A DNA stretch of 62,886 nucleotides, filler included, from Octopus bimaculoides (Eukaryota): NCBI RefSeq assembly GCF_001194135.2. It is 4 parts of 4 records of this genome, joined end to end, with 100 filler letters (N's around TTAATTAATTAA, not from the genome) between each part and the next. Parts side by side here need not be neighbours in the genome. Positions count along the whole stretch, not along the records: positions 30,596 to 51,893 come from NC_068981.1; positions 51,994 to 62,886 come from NC_068991.1; 2 more parts are not named here. The stretch is one strand, 5' to 3'. The notes under the pieces are model-generated. The model saw only the letters and a list, made by a program, of their open reading frames with translations. It had not been told where the DNA came from and made no database searches. Below, one piece after another: positions 40,045 through 52,295 of the stretch. Every line of letters starts with the position of its first letter. Position 1 is the stretch's first letter. A program made the position numbers and the translations under genes.

Positions 40045-40345
40045 ATGGTTTCAGGACGTCACAAAACGTAAACAACATTAAATACGAAGACAAACTTGGA
40101 TATGCTAACGGCGAGAAAAACAAATGGATAACAAGACAAGTAACATAAAGAACGACCCTTCATCAGTTGCCGGCTGTCCATCTACTCCACATTTCGAGCA
40201 ATTAATGACAATATGAAGCTTCGAAAGGTAATTGCTCCCGTGAACCAAAATTAAATTTGGGATTTGCGGAGGGTCAAAGTTGGTAACAAAAACAAGACAG
40301 TGAAGACATACAACAAACCAAACGAAAACAAACATGTAGGACCGT
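40045..40345 (-). repeat. Family G repeat, copy 4
   Basis: The reverse complement aligns with 343-635. Confidence 0.75.
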
Positions 40346-42196
40346 TATACATATATATAGGCTCAGGCGTGGCATTTTCGATGAGTGTTTTCTGCTATAG
40401 TCTCGGGCTAACCTAAGCCTTATGAGTGGAAACTGAAAGACGCTCGTCATATATATATATATATATATATGTACGTGTATATATATGTATATATATATAC
40501 ATATGTATANNNNNNNNNNNNNNNNNNNNNNNNNNNNNNNNNNNNNNNNNNNNNNNNNNNNNNNNNNNNNNNNNNNNNNNNNNNNNNNNNNNNNNNNNNN
40601 NNNNNNNNNNNNNNNNNNNNNNNNNNNNNNNNNNNNNNNNNNNNNNNNNNNNNNNNNNNNNNNNNNNNNNNNNNNNNNNNNNNNNNNNNNNNNNNNNNNN
40701 NNNNNNNNNNNNNNNNNNNNNNNNNNNNNNNNNNNNNNNNNNNNNNNNNNNNNNNNNNNNNNNNNNNNNNNNNNNNNNNNNNNNNNNNNNNNNNNNNNNN
40801 NNNNNNNNNNNNNNNNNNNNNNNNNNNNNNNNNNNNNNNNNNNNNNNNNNNNNNNNNNNNNNNNNNNNNNNNNNNNNNNNNNNNNNNNNNNNNNNNNNNN
40901 NNNNNNNNNNNNNNNNNNNNNNNNNNNNNNNNNNNNNNNNNNNNNNNNNNNNNNNNNNNNNNNNNNNNNNNNNNNNNNNNNNNNNNNNNNNNNNNNNNNN
41001 NNNNNNNNNNNNNNNNNNNNNNNNNNNNNNNNNNNNNNNNNNNNNNNNNNNNNNNNNNNNNNNNNNNNNNNNNNNNNNNNNNNNNNNNNNNNNNNNNNNN
41101 NNNNNNNNNNNNNNNNNNNNNNNNNNNNNNNNNNNNNNNNNNNNNNNNNNNNNNNNNNNNNNNNNNNNNNNNNNNNNNNNNNNNNNNNNNNNNNNNNNNN
41201 NNNNNNNNNNNNNNNNNNNNNNNNNNNNNNNNNNNNNNNNNNNNNNNNNNNNNNNNNNNNNNNNNNNNNNNNNNNNNNNNNNNNNNNNNNNNNNNNNNNN
41301 NNNNNNNNNNNNNNNNNNNNNNNNNNNNNNNNNNNNNNNNNNNNNNNNNNNNNNNNNNNNNNNNNNNNNNNNNNNNNNNNNNNNNTATATATATATATAT
41401 ATATGCATCTATATTTAAATATTTACATATAACCTTGTTAGAAAAATATTTGGATACTGAATAATTGGTGCATAGTAATCCAGCCCCTTAAAAAAATTGA
41501 AAATTCCTTAAAAGAAAACTTCTAAAACTAATACCAACTTTGACTTCATTGCCTTACAACTCGAATGGTATAATCTATTACCATTCCTACATGCATCCTA
41601 AAATTGCACAATTCCACCTTACCATCAAAAAAATCATGATTAGTCATAAGGAAACCTTAAACCAACGCAAGCTGTGATTTGAAATGAAGCATCTGCCACA
41701 TGAACCCATATTCAAGTTTACTCCTAACATCTTGCTCTACAGACATGCCTGACTGAACTCAAACAATAACAAAATTACTCTATCAAACTGGAAAAACTGT
41801 TACCACTATTCCTTCCTCTCCAGCTTAACTATGCAATTGTCCTTCTGTCTTCCTCGATTCCACATACCACACAACTAGTTCTTTCTATCTGAATACTCAT
41901 TTATAACACACCTAAATTTCATGTACGTTGTCAAATCACCAGAGGAATCTCTTGCAGAAAACACGATGTATAAAGCTTGAAAGTTTAATTAAACCACAGT
42001 CTGATGACTCCTAGTAAGCTGCAATTCGAAGTCACTGTCAAACTTTTTGTTTGTTAGCGTTAATAAACACGGTACTCTATTGAAACTTATGGAGCGATCC
42101 TTCAATTTTATCTTTAACTATTATTACATACAACTTTGGATGAAAATAAACTTTAATACACACACACACACACACACATACACACACATAAGTATG

Positions 42197-42246
<50 letters not shown>

Positions 42247-42806
42247 GAGACGTATAAGTATGTATGTATATATATTTATGTATNNNNNNNNNNNNNNNNN
42301 NNNNNNNNNNNNNNNNNNNNNNNNNNNNNNNNNNNNNNNNNNNNNNNNNNNNNNNNNNNNNNNNNNNNNNNNNNNNNNNNNNNNNNNNNNNNNNNNNNNN
42401 NNNNNNNNNNNNNNNNNNNNNNNNNNNNNNNNNNNNNNNNNNNNNNNNNNNNNNNNNNNNNNNNNNNNNNNNNNNNNNNNNNNNNNNNNNNNNNNNNNNN
42501 NNNNNNNNNNNNNNNNNNNNNNNNNNNNNNNNNNNNNNNNNNNNNNNNNNNNNNNNNNNNNNNNNNNNNNNNNNNNNNNNNNNNNNNNNNNNNNNNNNNN
42601 NNNNNNNNNNNNNNNNNNNNNNNNNNNNNNNNNNNNNNNNNNNNNNNNNNNNNNNNNNNNNNNNNNNNNNNNNNNNNNNNNNNNNNNNNNNNNNNNNNNN
42701 NNNNNNNNNNNNNNNNNNNNNNNNNNNNNNNNNNNNNNNNNNNNNNNNNNNNNNNNNNNNNNNNNNNNNNNNNNNNNNNNNNNNNNNNNNNNNNNNNNNN
42801 NNNNNN

Positions 42807-42891
<85 letters not shown>

Positions 42892-43401
42892 ATATATATA
42901 TACATATGCATATATGGGTAGAGAATGCCACCAACAGTAAATTTTGTTCAACTAAAGCACTTAATCCATCATACTGAATAACTGACCTTGGCCTACCCCT
43001 TGGTTTATTTTCAAGGCTATCATCTCCTTAACGAGAGCCTTGGAACCATCTCTGAACAGTTCTGATGTCAACAAATCCATTACCAAAGGCCCGCTTGATA
43101 TTCCGTAGAGCTTCTGCGGCAGAGTGACTTAGTTTGTACTCATACGAGAAAATCACTCAGCATAGTTTGGTTGTTATCATTTTGATAAGGTCTGTAGTTA
43201 CAAATTTTGTCTACCAATATTGTTGGGAAATAAAAGGAGTCAAGACTAAATCCAAGGTATACATAATTGAGATTTTAAATGATATGATATAACAAGTAAT
43301 TAAAAATGCGACATTTCATGTGAAACAACCTAATATATATATAGAAATACACATACGCATACACGTACATATGAGTTGTGTGTATACACTATACACACAA
43401 A

Positions 43402-43449
<48 letters not shown>

Positions 43450-44782
43450 NNNNNNNNNNNNNNNNNNNNNNNNNNNNNNNNNNNNNNNNNNNNNNNNNNN
43501 NNNNNNNNNNNNNNNNNNNNNNNNNNNNNNNNNNNNNNNNNNAAAGACGCATATATATTGCATATAATTTGACGCTGCTCTCAGTATAGAATCACGCTAT
43601 CAGAAAATGTTCCGTTGTTATTCTTAAACGTGCTTTAAAATATTAATCTTGTTTGAACACACATGCTCACACGGACACACAAACCTACACACGCAGCTAA
43701 GCTATTTGTATCTATCTATCTGTCTGTCTGTCCGTCCGTCCGTCCGTCCGTCCGTCCGTCCGTCTGTCTATAGTCATTTGCAGTCAGATGTCTATGTGCG
43801 TGTTTTTGTGTAAGTGCGTGTGAAGGGATAATATACGATTTCGGTTAAATGTACTTCCATATATAACCATGCACTAAGTTCCCTTTATATTTACGACTTC
43901 AAGCAATCTAAAATGGAAATGAGAAAATTCCGTCTTATTGCTGCAGCAGATAATTTATGAGGTTTCATATAACTGTAAATGTACACATGATGGCTATAAG
44001 TTTTAGTTAGTGTTCTGGAAAGTGAGGTCACTAAATCTTCATTCAGTTGTTGTTTTGCTCCACTTCAGTCCAAGTAATGTGCTTTGATCTACATTATCGA
44101 ATATGTCCATTTCATATGATGGTTGAATGTGATTTAAAAGAGATTTGACCGCAGTTTCTAGCAGGTGAGTGATAGCGCGCAATCTCTTACATTGGCTTTC
44201 ACGTTCGTGTTGTGAACACCATATCAAGCTCACCAGGTCGAGAGATTTTGCAAGAATTACGAGAACAATACTTCAGATAAAATGCTTAATACATAGAAAG
44301 GATTCTAAAAATTAAAGTAGAATGATGAAAACACTCACCATAAAAGCATGAAGGAGAGAAAGCAGAATTACAAAACAAGAGATTAATATACGTAGAACAT
44401 CAATAAAACATAACCATATTGTATGAGTGATAGATGTGGGAGACATATTGGATGATGTGAAAAACTGTTTATTCCTAATTTTCAATTTTATCCCATGAGT
44501 GCTTTCGAGCTACAAGACGAATTCAGATGAACTGCGATAGAAGACTAATATCGACAGCTATGAGTCCCAGTCGAAACTGTAGGACGGACACACACATCTT
44601 TATTGTTCTGTGAGACTGAAAATGTACGGCACAGAGATCAGCATCTTTCTTCGATTTAAAGTCGACTTCAGCTGTCTAATGATAAGGACTTCGGCATATA
44701 CCCCCGATTTGCTTGTTCATAATGTCGCTCCAAAAATCCCTTTCTTTAAATGTTATCCATATCTTTACTGAAACACTTGTAG

Positions 44783-44890
44783 TGGCGCGAAATTATGGCC
44801 GCCATTGAGTAAGTACAAGCTACGCATGCGCAAGGGACTTGCCTTTCCGGAAGCCCCTCGAGTGCGCATGCGTAGTAAAACCAGTACTTA
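44783..44890. promoter_or_regulatory. Candidate bidirectional housekeeping-type promoter
   Basis: E2F-like TGGCGCGAAA (44783-92), YY1-like CCGCCATT (44799-806), two NRF1-like GCGCATGCG motifs forming a perfect 13-bp inverted pair (44820-32, 44863-75), ETS CCGGAAG (44847-53). Locally CpG-rich in unique sequence. Confidence 0.55.
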
Positions 44891-45586
44891 AAGCATTCCT
44901 TTCACTTTCTAAGCCTCCTGAGCGCGATACCTTCGACGTGACAGCTACTTGCTCCTCTGGCATGCATCAACAAAGCTCTTAACCTTCCAATGCCTATTAC
45001 AACTTAACCAGCGGCTGCTAAGCTGAATGACACAGGATTTGTAAAACCAAGCATCACCAAAAATAAAACTTATTTTTATTATGTTGTTAATTGTTCTACT
45101 GTTTCTTAATATATAATTTTGTTGAAAGGTGATAGAGAGAGACTAATGTCTCTATTGCAACTATCAACCTTTTACACACTGATGAAGTAGTGCGCTATTA
45201 ATTTGGTATATTATTCATTCTTTCTGTCGGTCCGTTTGCCCGTCTGTCTCCGTCTCTGTCTGTCTCTCTTTCTCTCTAGGATGTTTGAATGACTACACCC
45301 ATACAGCAACTGATACACCAATTTGGTATCTAAACATGTTATTATGATCACAGTCATGTTTGTCGTTCTCTGTTCATATCGGACAGCAACTAAATAGGCC
45401 GGTTGTTGTTAATCGATGTGGATTCCTTTTGGAATCGCCTTGTTTTTGATACTTTGATGCGGAGTTCAAAATTTTAAAATCAGTTCTTTAATCTTTTCTC
45501 CGTTTGCTCTCTACAATAGCATAAGCTTCTGTAGACCCTATCTTTGCTATTTCATTTCCCTTTCATTCAACCGCTATCAGAATATA

Positions 45587-45634
45587 CTGACATCAGTACC
45601 CGATAGTCAAAAGGTTATCGGGTGCTGGTGTCGG
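45587..45634 (+). ncRNA. Pre-miRNA-like hairpin (candidate)
   Basis: 19 consecutive pairs including 3 G-U, extendable to 22 around an AAAA loop. Fully paired only on the + strand. Confidence 0.3.
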
Positions 45635-46259
45635 TCTTCTCAATAGAATGCACTTACCTCACAAACCGCCGCTTGTAGCCTCTAACGAACAATATTAGTC
45701 AGAGGTTTTTACACACAGCTCTTTCTAGTTTGGTTCATCGCATATGGACATGCAGCGGGCAGATTCGTTTGCTGCGACTTTGGGAGTTATAGTTTCAGAG
45801 TCACTGAATGTCACACGGTTCCGAATCTCATTTGCCGATATTAACTTTACATATCAGTCCGCCTGAACGTGTTGTAACTTGAAAGCACCCAGAGATAAAA
45901 TTAAAATTTCAAATCAACAACAAAGCTTCTCACGTCATCCGTTAACAGTTCATTTATTTGCTTATTTGTTTATGTGGTTTTTGCTACCTATATCGTACGT
46001 AATTACATGGTGTCACTGTACAGAATAAACAGGTTCCATGAGATACATCAGCATATTCTCTCTCCCTCTATACATACATACATACATACATACATACATG
46101 CATGAATGTATACATACATACATACATACATACATACGTACGTACGTATGTAATATATGTATGTATGCATGTTCGTGCAAGTTTGTGTGTATGTGTGTGT
46201 GTGTATATATATATATAGAATGCATGTATGCATGTTCGTGCGTGTTTGTGCGTATATAC

Positions 46260-46301
<42 letters not shown>

Positions 46302-47392
46302 AGAGAGAGAGAGAGAAAGAAAGAGCGCCATCTATGTACCATACTTAATGCATATACACAATGGCAGGCAAGATGTTACGATTTTCGTCCGAGATAAAAT
46401 CTCGTATGACGTGTGTTAAAACTATTATATGTCAAAGTATATTAAAAACAATATTCGTCGAAAGGAAACGAAAAATCGCCTCGATAAACACTAACGAGAA
46501 TGCTAGATGAATTCCACCCTTCTTGACTCTTGTTAATTACGTGTACTTGCAACCATATGCCTAGACGGAATTTTTCGCCTCTGGAATGTAAGAAACAGTG
46601 AATAGTGCATTCACTGACATTGCGAATAACCGCCAGGCAGAATGAAAAATTCAGTGTATGCAATAAAAGTAGCATTTATATATTTGTTTGTGGTTGCGTG
46701 TACTTGTGTGAGAGTGTGTGCATCTTTATTTGTCTCATACCACTGTTCGGTATTCGTTTGCTTTCTTTCTTGTGGCTTAGCGGTTTGGCAAAAGTGTACG
46801 GTAGTATGAGTACAGATTTCAAATAGGCACTGGGATCGATTTTCTCAGTTAAAGATCAAGGTGTTGCTGAAATATGACCACGGTCAAATGAAATCAGTGA
46901 AAGAATGAATATAAGAATAAAAGAATACATATTTCGACCATGTATATCAGTGAAAGATGTTTCAGTCAAAGAGAAAGCCGAAAAATTGCAGTCGTTTGAA
47001 TGAAGTCTCCTGTGATATTTATTCTGCCCCGCGTTATACAGATACTCTCTTGATACATCAAAAATGAGAACTAGCAATCGGCCTGCCCGAAACGTGTAAC
47101 CATTGACGTTATTGTTCAACGACTGTGATGTAAAGGAAAAATAAAACTAAAAATCTGAGGCGGTGACTCATTAGAGATGTTGAGAAGAGGAAAAAGTATA
47201 ACGTACGCGTGTGTGCGTGCGTCTAAGTGGTACACAACAAGTTTAGAAGAAAAGGAGCATTTGTTCTATCAACGGAAGAGACAAGAGTGCGAAGGATACA
47301 AAGAGAAAATGGTGTACGGAAGATGAAATATAGAAGACAGACAAATGGAGGGTGGAAGACAAACAAATGGAGGGTGGAAGACAAAATATTAC

Positions 47393-48060
47393 GGATCTAT
47401 TTCAAAACGGGGGCACCAGTTTTCATTTATGTTTTATGTAGTGTTTTTGGTACCGAAAGACTTTCAAACTTCGTATACTTATCTATTTTGTGTTATAGAA
47501 CAGAAAAAAAATTTTTGTATTCGAATTTATTTCATGTAAAAAATTGTCTTNNNNNNNNNNNNNNNNNNNNNNNNNNNNNNNNNNNNNNNNTCAGTTGAAA
47601 ACAGTTAGCGCTGTAACGGTGTATATCGTATTAATCCCCTAACCCTAACTAGACTGTTAACCCTAACCCTAACCCTAATCCTAACCCTAAAACTAACCCT
47701 AACTCTAGAGTCCGAACTCTAAAATTGTTACACACATAGATACGCACAGCGTAATTTATTATATAAACAATATATGCGTATAAATTACGATTAAACCGGA
47801 TGAAATATGTCACAGGGAATAACATTTTTATGACCGCCCAGCAGTAACTCTATTAAGCTGAATAGACGTCAGTGATTGGTTGAAATTACAGAAATACGAC
47901 AACTTTAACATGGAATAACTTGCGATGTACGTTTATTTGTTAAGAAGACTAAGAATAAAAGATGTTTTATATGACACATTCTACCAGTGTCCCAAGTTTC
48001 AAAGTGTTTCGTTAGTGTTTCGTTAAGAAAATACTGGTACCCCCGTTTTGAAATAGATCC
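47393..48060. mobile_element. Non-autonomous DNA transposon, 27-bp TIR, 8-bp TSD, internal (TAACCC)n
   Basis: GGATCTATTTCAAAACGGGGGCACCAG / CTGGTACCCCCGTTTTGAAATAGATCC (1 mismatch). TSD AATATTAC at 47385-92 and 48061-68. Confidence 0.9.
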
Positions 48061-48090
48061 AATATTACTAAATAATAATAGTAGTAGTGA

Positions 48091-48233
48091 TTCCGCCGAG
48101 GTCGATTTTGCCTTTCATCCTTTTGGGGTCGATAAAATAAGTACTAGTTGAGCAGTGAGGTTGATGTAATCGACTAGCCCATCCTCCCGTCACCTGAAAT
48201 TACTGGCCTTGTACCGAAATTTGAAACCAACGA

Positions 48234-48283
<50 letters not shown>
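48091..48283 (+). mobile_element. Family C SINE 3' part followed by (AGT)n
   Basis: gcctttcatccttttggggtcgataaaataagtac...tggccttgtaccgaaatttg. Confidence 0.78.
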
Positions 48284-48411
48284 AATATATATACTGATCA
48301 AATGCAGAGATAAAGAGATTGAGGTGTATGTTTATAGAGAATATGCACGCAAGAAGAAATTCGAAAATAGGAAAGAGATGGTGAGATATAAAGAAACAGC
48401 AGAGAGAAAGA

Positions 48412-48454
<43 letters not shown>

Positions 48455-48729
48455 AAATGGGGAAATAGATAAAGAAAAATAAAGAAAGAGAAAGATTGAA
48501 ATAGAAGAGATAAAATATGAATGAACACAGTTTTCTATGAGATAAGATGGTAACGTCACACGTATATAAGTTATTTATATGTTTGCAGCACGGAAACTGT
48601 ATCATTGTTGGGTGATATATTTACTCTTTGAATTATGTGGTGGTATCTGTAACGAGGACTATGATGCAGAATAAACAAACCCATCAACTCAGGCAATACT
48701 TATATCAATCTAACACACACGCATACGCA

Positions 48730-48762
<33 letters not shown>

Positions 48763-48871
48763 CTGTATCAGCTGTTAGCAACACTTCTGACTTGCTGTGA
48801 CATTGAAGTCGTTGTCATTCATTTGTCAATCTCATGTCTCCAAGGGTCGAACTTACCTAATAAATACATAA

Positions 48872-49310
48872 TTATCTCTGCCTTAGCGAAGGCAGGGGTG
48901 TTGTTTTCAGTCGTGCTTGTTTGTCCGTGGACAAGATATCTCAAGAACTGCTAGATGGATTCGGATGAAACTTTCAGGGATATTTGGCTTCGTGACTGGC
49001 ACGGATTAATTAGATTTTGGAATCGATTTTTTTAATTATAGGTAATGGTTGTTATTACTCTTTCATGAGCACCACATCCAACCAATTAGATTTTAGGATC
49101 GATCCAGTACTGAACAAGGATTCTGGATTATTTTTCCTGTTTCTTTTACTTAAATTTTGAGAGCGGTCGGGTTCATTTTTAGTATTCTCGTTTGTAAGAG
49201 CAGTCGAGTTTATTTTAGATATTCTCATTTTAAAAATCGTCTCTGGCTAATTGTTGAGAGTTTGTTGGTGTTGCCTTGGCAGAGGTCTGTGTTCTCTGAG
49301 TGCTCTTGTT
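48872..49310 (+). mobile_element. Helentron-associated non-autonomous element (HINE/DINE-1-like)
   Basis: 5' palindrome ctgcctt-agcg-aaggcag with subterminal ctctgcc, 3' inverted ggcagag, then a short hairpin-like gttctctgagtgc before ...ttgtt. The body has the typical gatatctcaag...tggattcggatgaaact. Confidence 0.6.
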
Positions 49311-52003
49311 ATCTATTGATTTAACTGAGGCAAACGTTTCGCTCCGTCGTAATTTCGAGTTTCTCGTCCTGCAGTGTTTGTCAATGAATTCTTAACGGAT
49401 ATAAAAGCTGCAAACTCAGCTACCTTAATGCCGTTGAACATTTCAAATATGAAACGTAGAAGTTTAGGTACAAATAGGTTAGTGTCTGGGTTAAACTTAA
49501 GTTACTAGAACCAGGACCTCTCTTTTAATAAAGCCAAGGCAACCGAAACCTTTGTATCAAGAGCAATCTCATTGTTCCACCGCCCACACTTGTTCTTCCT
49601 GAATATACTCATAGTTGTTTCTAAATATGAAGGACAGGGCAACTATGTTCTCAGCAGCACTCTAATATATTTTTGATTGCCCAATAGCGCTAATTTATTG
49701 TTACTTCATTGCTCAGAACTAAACTTTACAAGACACATTTTTAGTTGGGTGCATGTAGGAATAAAGTAGATTACCTGAAGCTAGTTTAAAGCGATAGTTT
49801 CAAAAATATTATTATGTACGAATACCAAGATTGAAAGCAATGAATATATATANNNNNNNNNNNNNNNNNNNNNNNNNNNNNNNNNNNNNNNNNNNNNNNN
49901 NNNNNNNNNNNNNNNNNNNNNNNNNNNNNNNNNNNNNNNNNNNNNNNNNNNNNNNNNNNNNNNNNNNNNNNNNNNNNNNNNNNNNNNNNNNNNNNNNNNN
50001 NNNNNNNNNNNNNNNNNNNNNNNNNNNNNNNNNNNNNNNNNNNNNNNNNNNNNNNNNNNNNNNNNNNNNNNNNNNNNNNNNNNNNNNNNNNNNNNNNNNN
50101 NNNNNNNNNNNNNNNNNNNNNNNNNNNNNNNNNNNNNNNNNNNNNNNNNNNNNNNNNNNNNNNNNNNNNNNNNNNNNNNNNNNNNNNNNNNNNNNNNNNN
50201 NNNNNNNNNNNNNNNNNNNNNNNNNNNNNNNNNNNNNNNNNNNNNNNNNNNNNNNNNNNNNNNNNNNNNNNNNNNNNNNNNNNNNNNNNNNNNNNNNNNN
50301 NNNNNNNNNNNNNNNNNNNNNNNNNNNNNNNNNNNNNNNNNNNNNNNNNNNNNNNNNNNNNNNNNNNNNNNNNNNNNNNNNNNNNNNNNNNNNNNNNNNN
50401 NNNNNNNNNNNNNNNNNNNNNNNNNNNNNNNNNNNNNNNNNNNNNNNNNNNNNNNNNNNNNNNNNNNNNNNNNNNNNNNNNNNNNNNNNNNNNNNNNNNN
50501 NNNNNNNNNNNNNNNNNNNNNNNNNNNNNNNNNNNNNNNNNNNNNNNNNNNNNNNNNNNNNNNNNNNNNNNNNNNNNNNNNNNNNNNNNNNNNNNNNNNN
50601 NNNNNNNNNNNNNNNNNNNNNNNNNNNNNNNNNNNNNNNNNNNNNNNNNNNNNNNNNNNNNNNNNNNNNNNNNNNNNNNNNNNNNNNNNNNNNNNNNNNN
50701 NNNNNNNNNNNNNNNNNNNNTATATATATATATATATATATATCTGTAAAATGAGATAAAATAAAATAAAGTAAAAATAATGTAATAGAAATAGTAAGAA
50801 ATGGTAAGAACTTCATTTTTAGATACTATTATAATCCATGGTATTCCATCTTGTGGTATATAAATAAAGTCACTCAGGAGAAATTTCCGCAGGCTGCGGT
50901 TCACAGCGTGTTTCCATTATACTGGGAGAAATAGCGAGGGTAGTATGTTATATGGTGAGTTTAATGGTATGGTCCATGTCATCAGGGTCAGCAGTAAGAG
51001 GCTAACCGCTATTTAATAGATATAGCATTATAAAAGGAGTTGGCAGAAATAACTTAAACTGAACCTGTTAGGGGAAATTTAATACATAAGTATATCAATG
51101 GGTAAAACCTTAGTGCGTTGTTATTATTTGTTACTTATTGACAGAAACCTAATCCCAATACCCCTCTGTGTAGTGGGGTGAGGTCAAAGTCAAACCTACA
51201 ACTTAATTGGTCAGCTAATATTTGAAAACAATGACGTTGTTCAGGTCCGTTGAAACTATCAACAAATTACAAGACAAGTAAAGCAAAAGAATATAAATAT
51301 AAATAAAAATATAAGAATATTTAAGGCATGAATAATCTGGGGGGGGGGGTCTTACTAAAAAATAGGCGATGGAAAATACGGATATGTGAATAGTGTTATA
51401 TGAATATATCTGAGATACATATCCAATTAAGTAATTGTCTGCACGAGAGAAGTAAAGGAACGAAGCGATTAGTTGAAAAGTAAACAAATGATAAACAGAC
51501 GCTAAATGGGTTCTATCAGAGAAAAGTAGTCTGATAGCATATCATTATACTGAAATGCAGAGCTAAATCATACACTAAAATAGTGTTTATGAAGTGTTAC
51601 TACGTTAGGTCTGAGTAATAATTTCAAGGTTACGAGTAAAGTCTGGAATACAAGGGTTAATGTAAAAATGTATGGGTTAAATATTTTTAGGCTTATAGAC
51701 TACAGTTGAAGGCGGGTAACTGTGAATTGCAATTCAATGCTGGTGAGTCGACATTCTTAGACACTAAAAATAAGATGTAGACTACTTTTGGGCTGAGACT
51801 ACGTAGGTACACATCCAGTAGTATATTGGATATTTAATATCCCTCAGATGGTTTCTTAACCTCTAACTCATACAGTCACACACACACACACACNNNNNNN
51901 NNNNNNNNNNNNNNNNNNNNNNNNNNNNNNNNNNNNNTTAATTAATTAANNNNNNNNNNNNNNNNNNNNNNNNNNNNNNNNNNNNNNNNNNNNTATATAT
52001 ATA

Positions 52004-52295
52004 TTATAGCCTCAAGCCGACCAAAGCCTTGTGAGTGGATTTCGTACACAGAAACTGAAAGAAGACTGTCGTATATATTTGTGTATGTGTGTGTGTGTGT
52101 GTGTGTGTCTTTGTACCCCACCATTGCTTGACAACGGTTGTTGCTGTGTTTACATTCTCATAACTTAGAGGTTCGGCAAAAGACACTGCTAGAATAAGTA
52201 CTAGGCTTACAAAGAATAAATCCTCTGGTCGATTTGTTCGACCAAAGGTGGTACTCCAGCATGGCCTCAGTCACATGACTGGAACAAGTAAAAAA
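52004..52295 (+). mobile_element. SINE family AB, head lost in a gap
   Basis: gaccaaagccttgtgagtggat...(GT)n...gtactccagcatggcctcagtc. Confidence 0.78.

Noticed and set aside
47635-47705. Telomere or chromosome fusion site
   Set aside because: The repeat is short, degenerate and internal to a TIR/TSD-bounded transposon.
13552-51949. TTAATTAATTAA islands at 13552, 30540 and 51938
   Set aside because: Each is centred in exactly 44+44 N. This is an artificial all-frame-stop spacer, not a biological motif.
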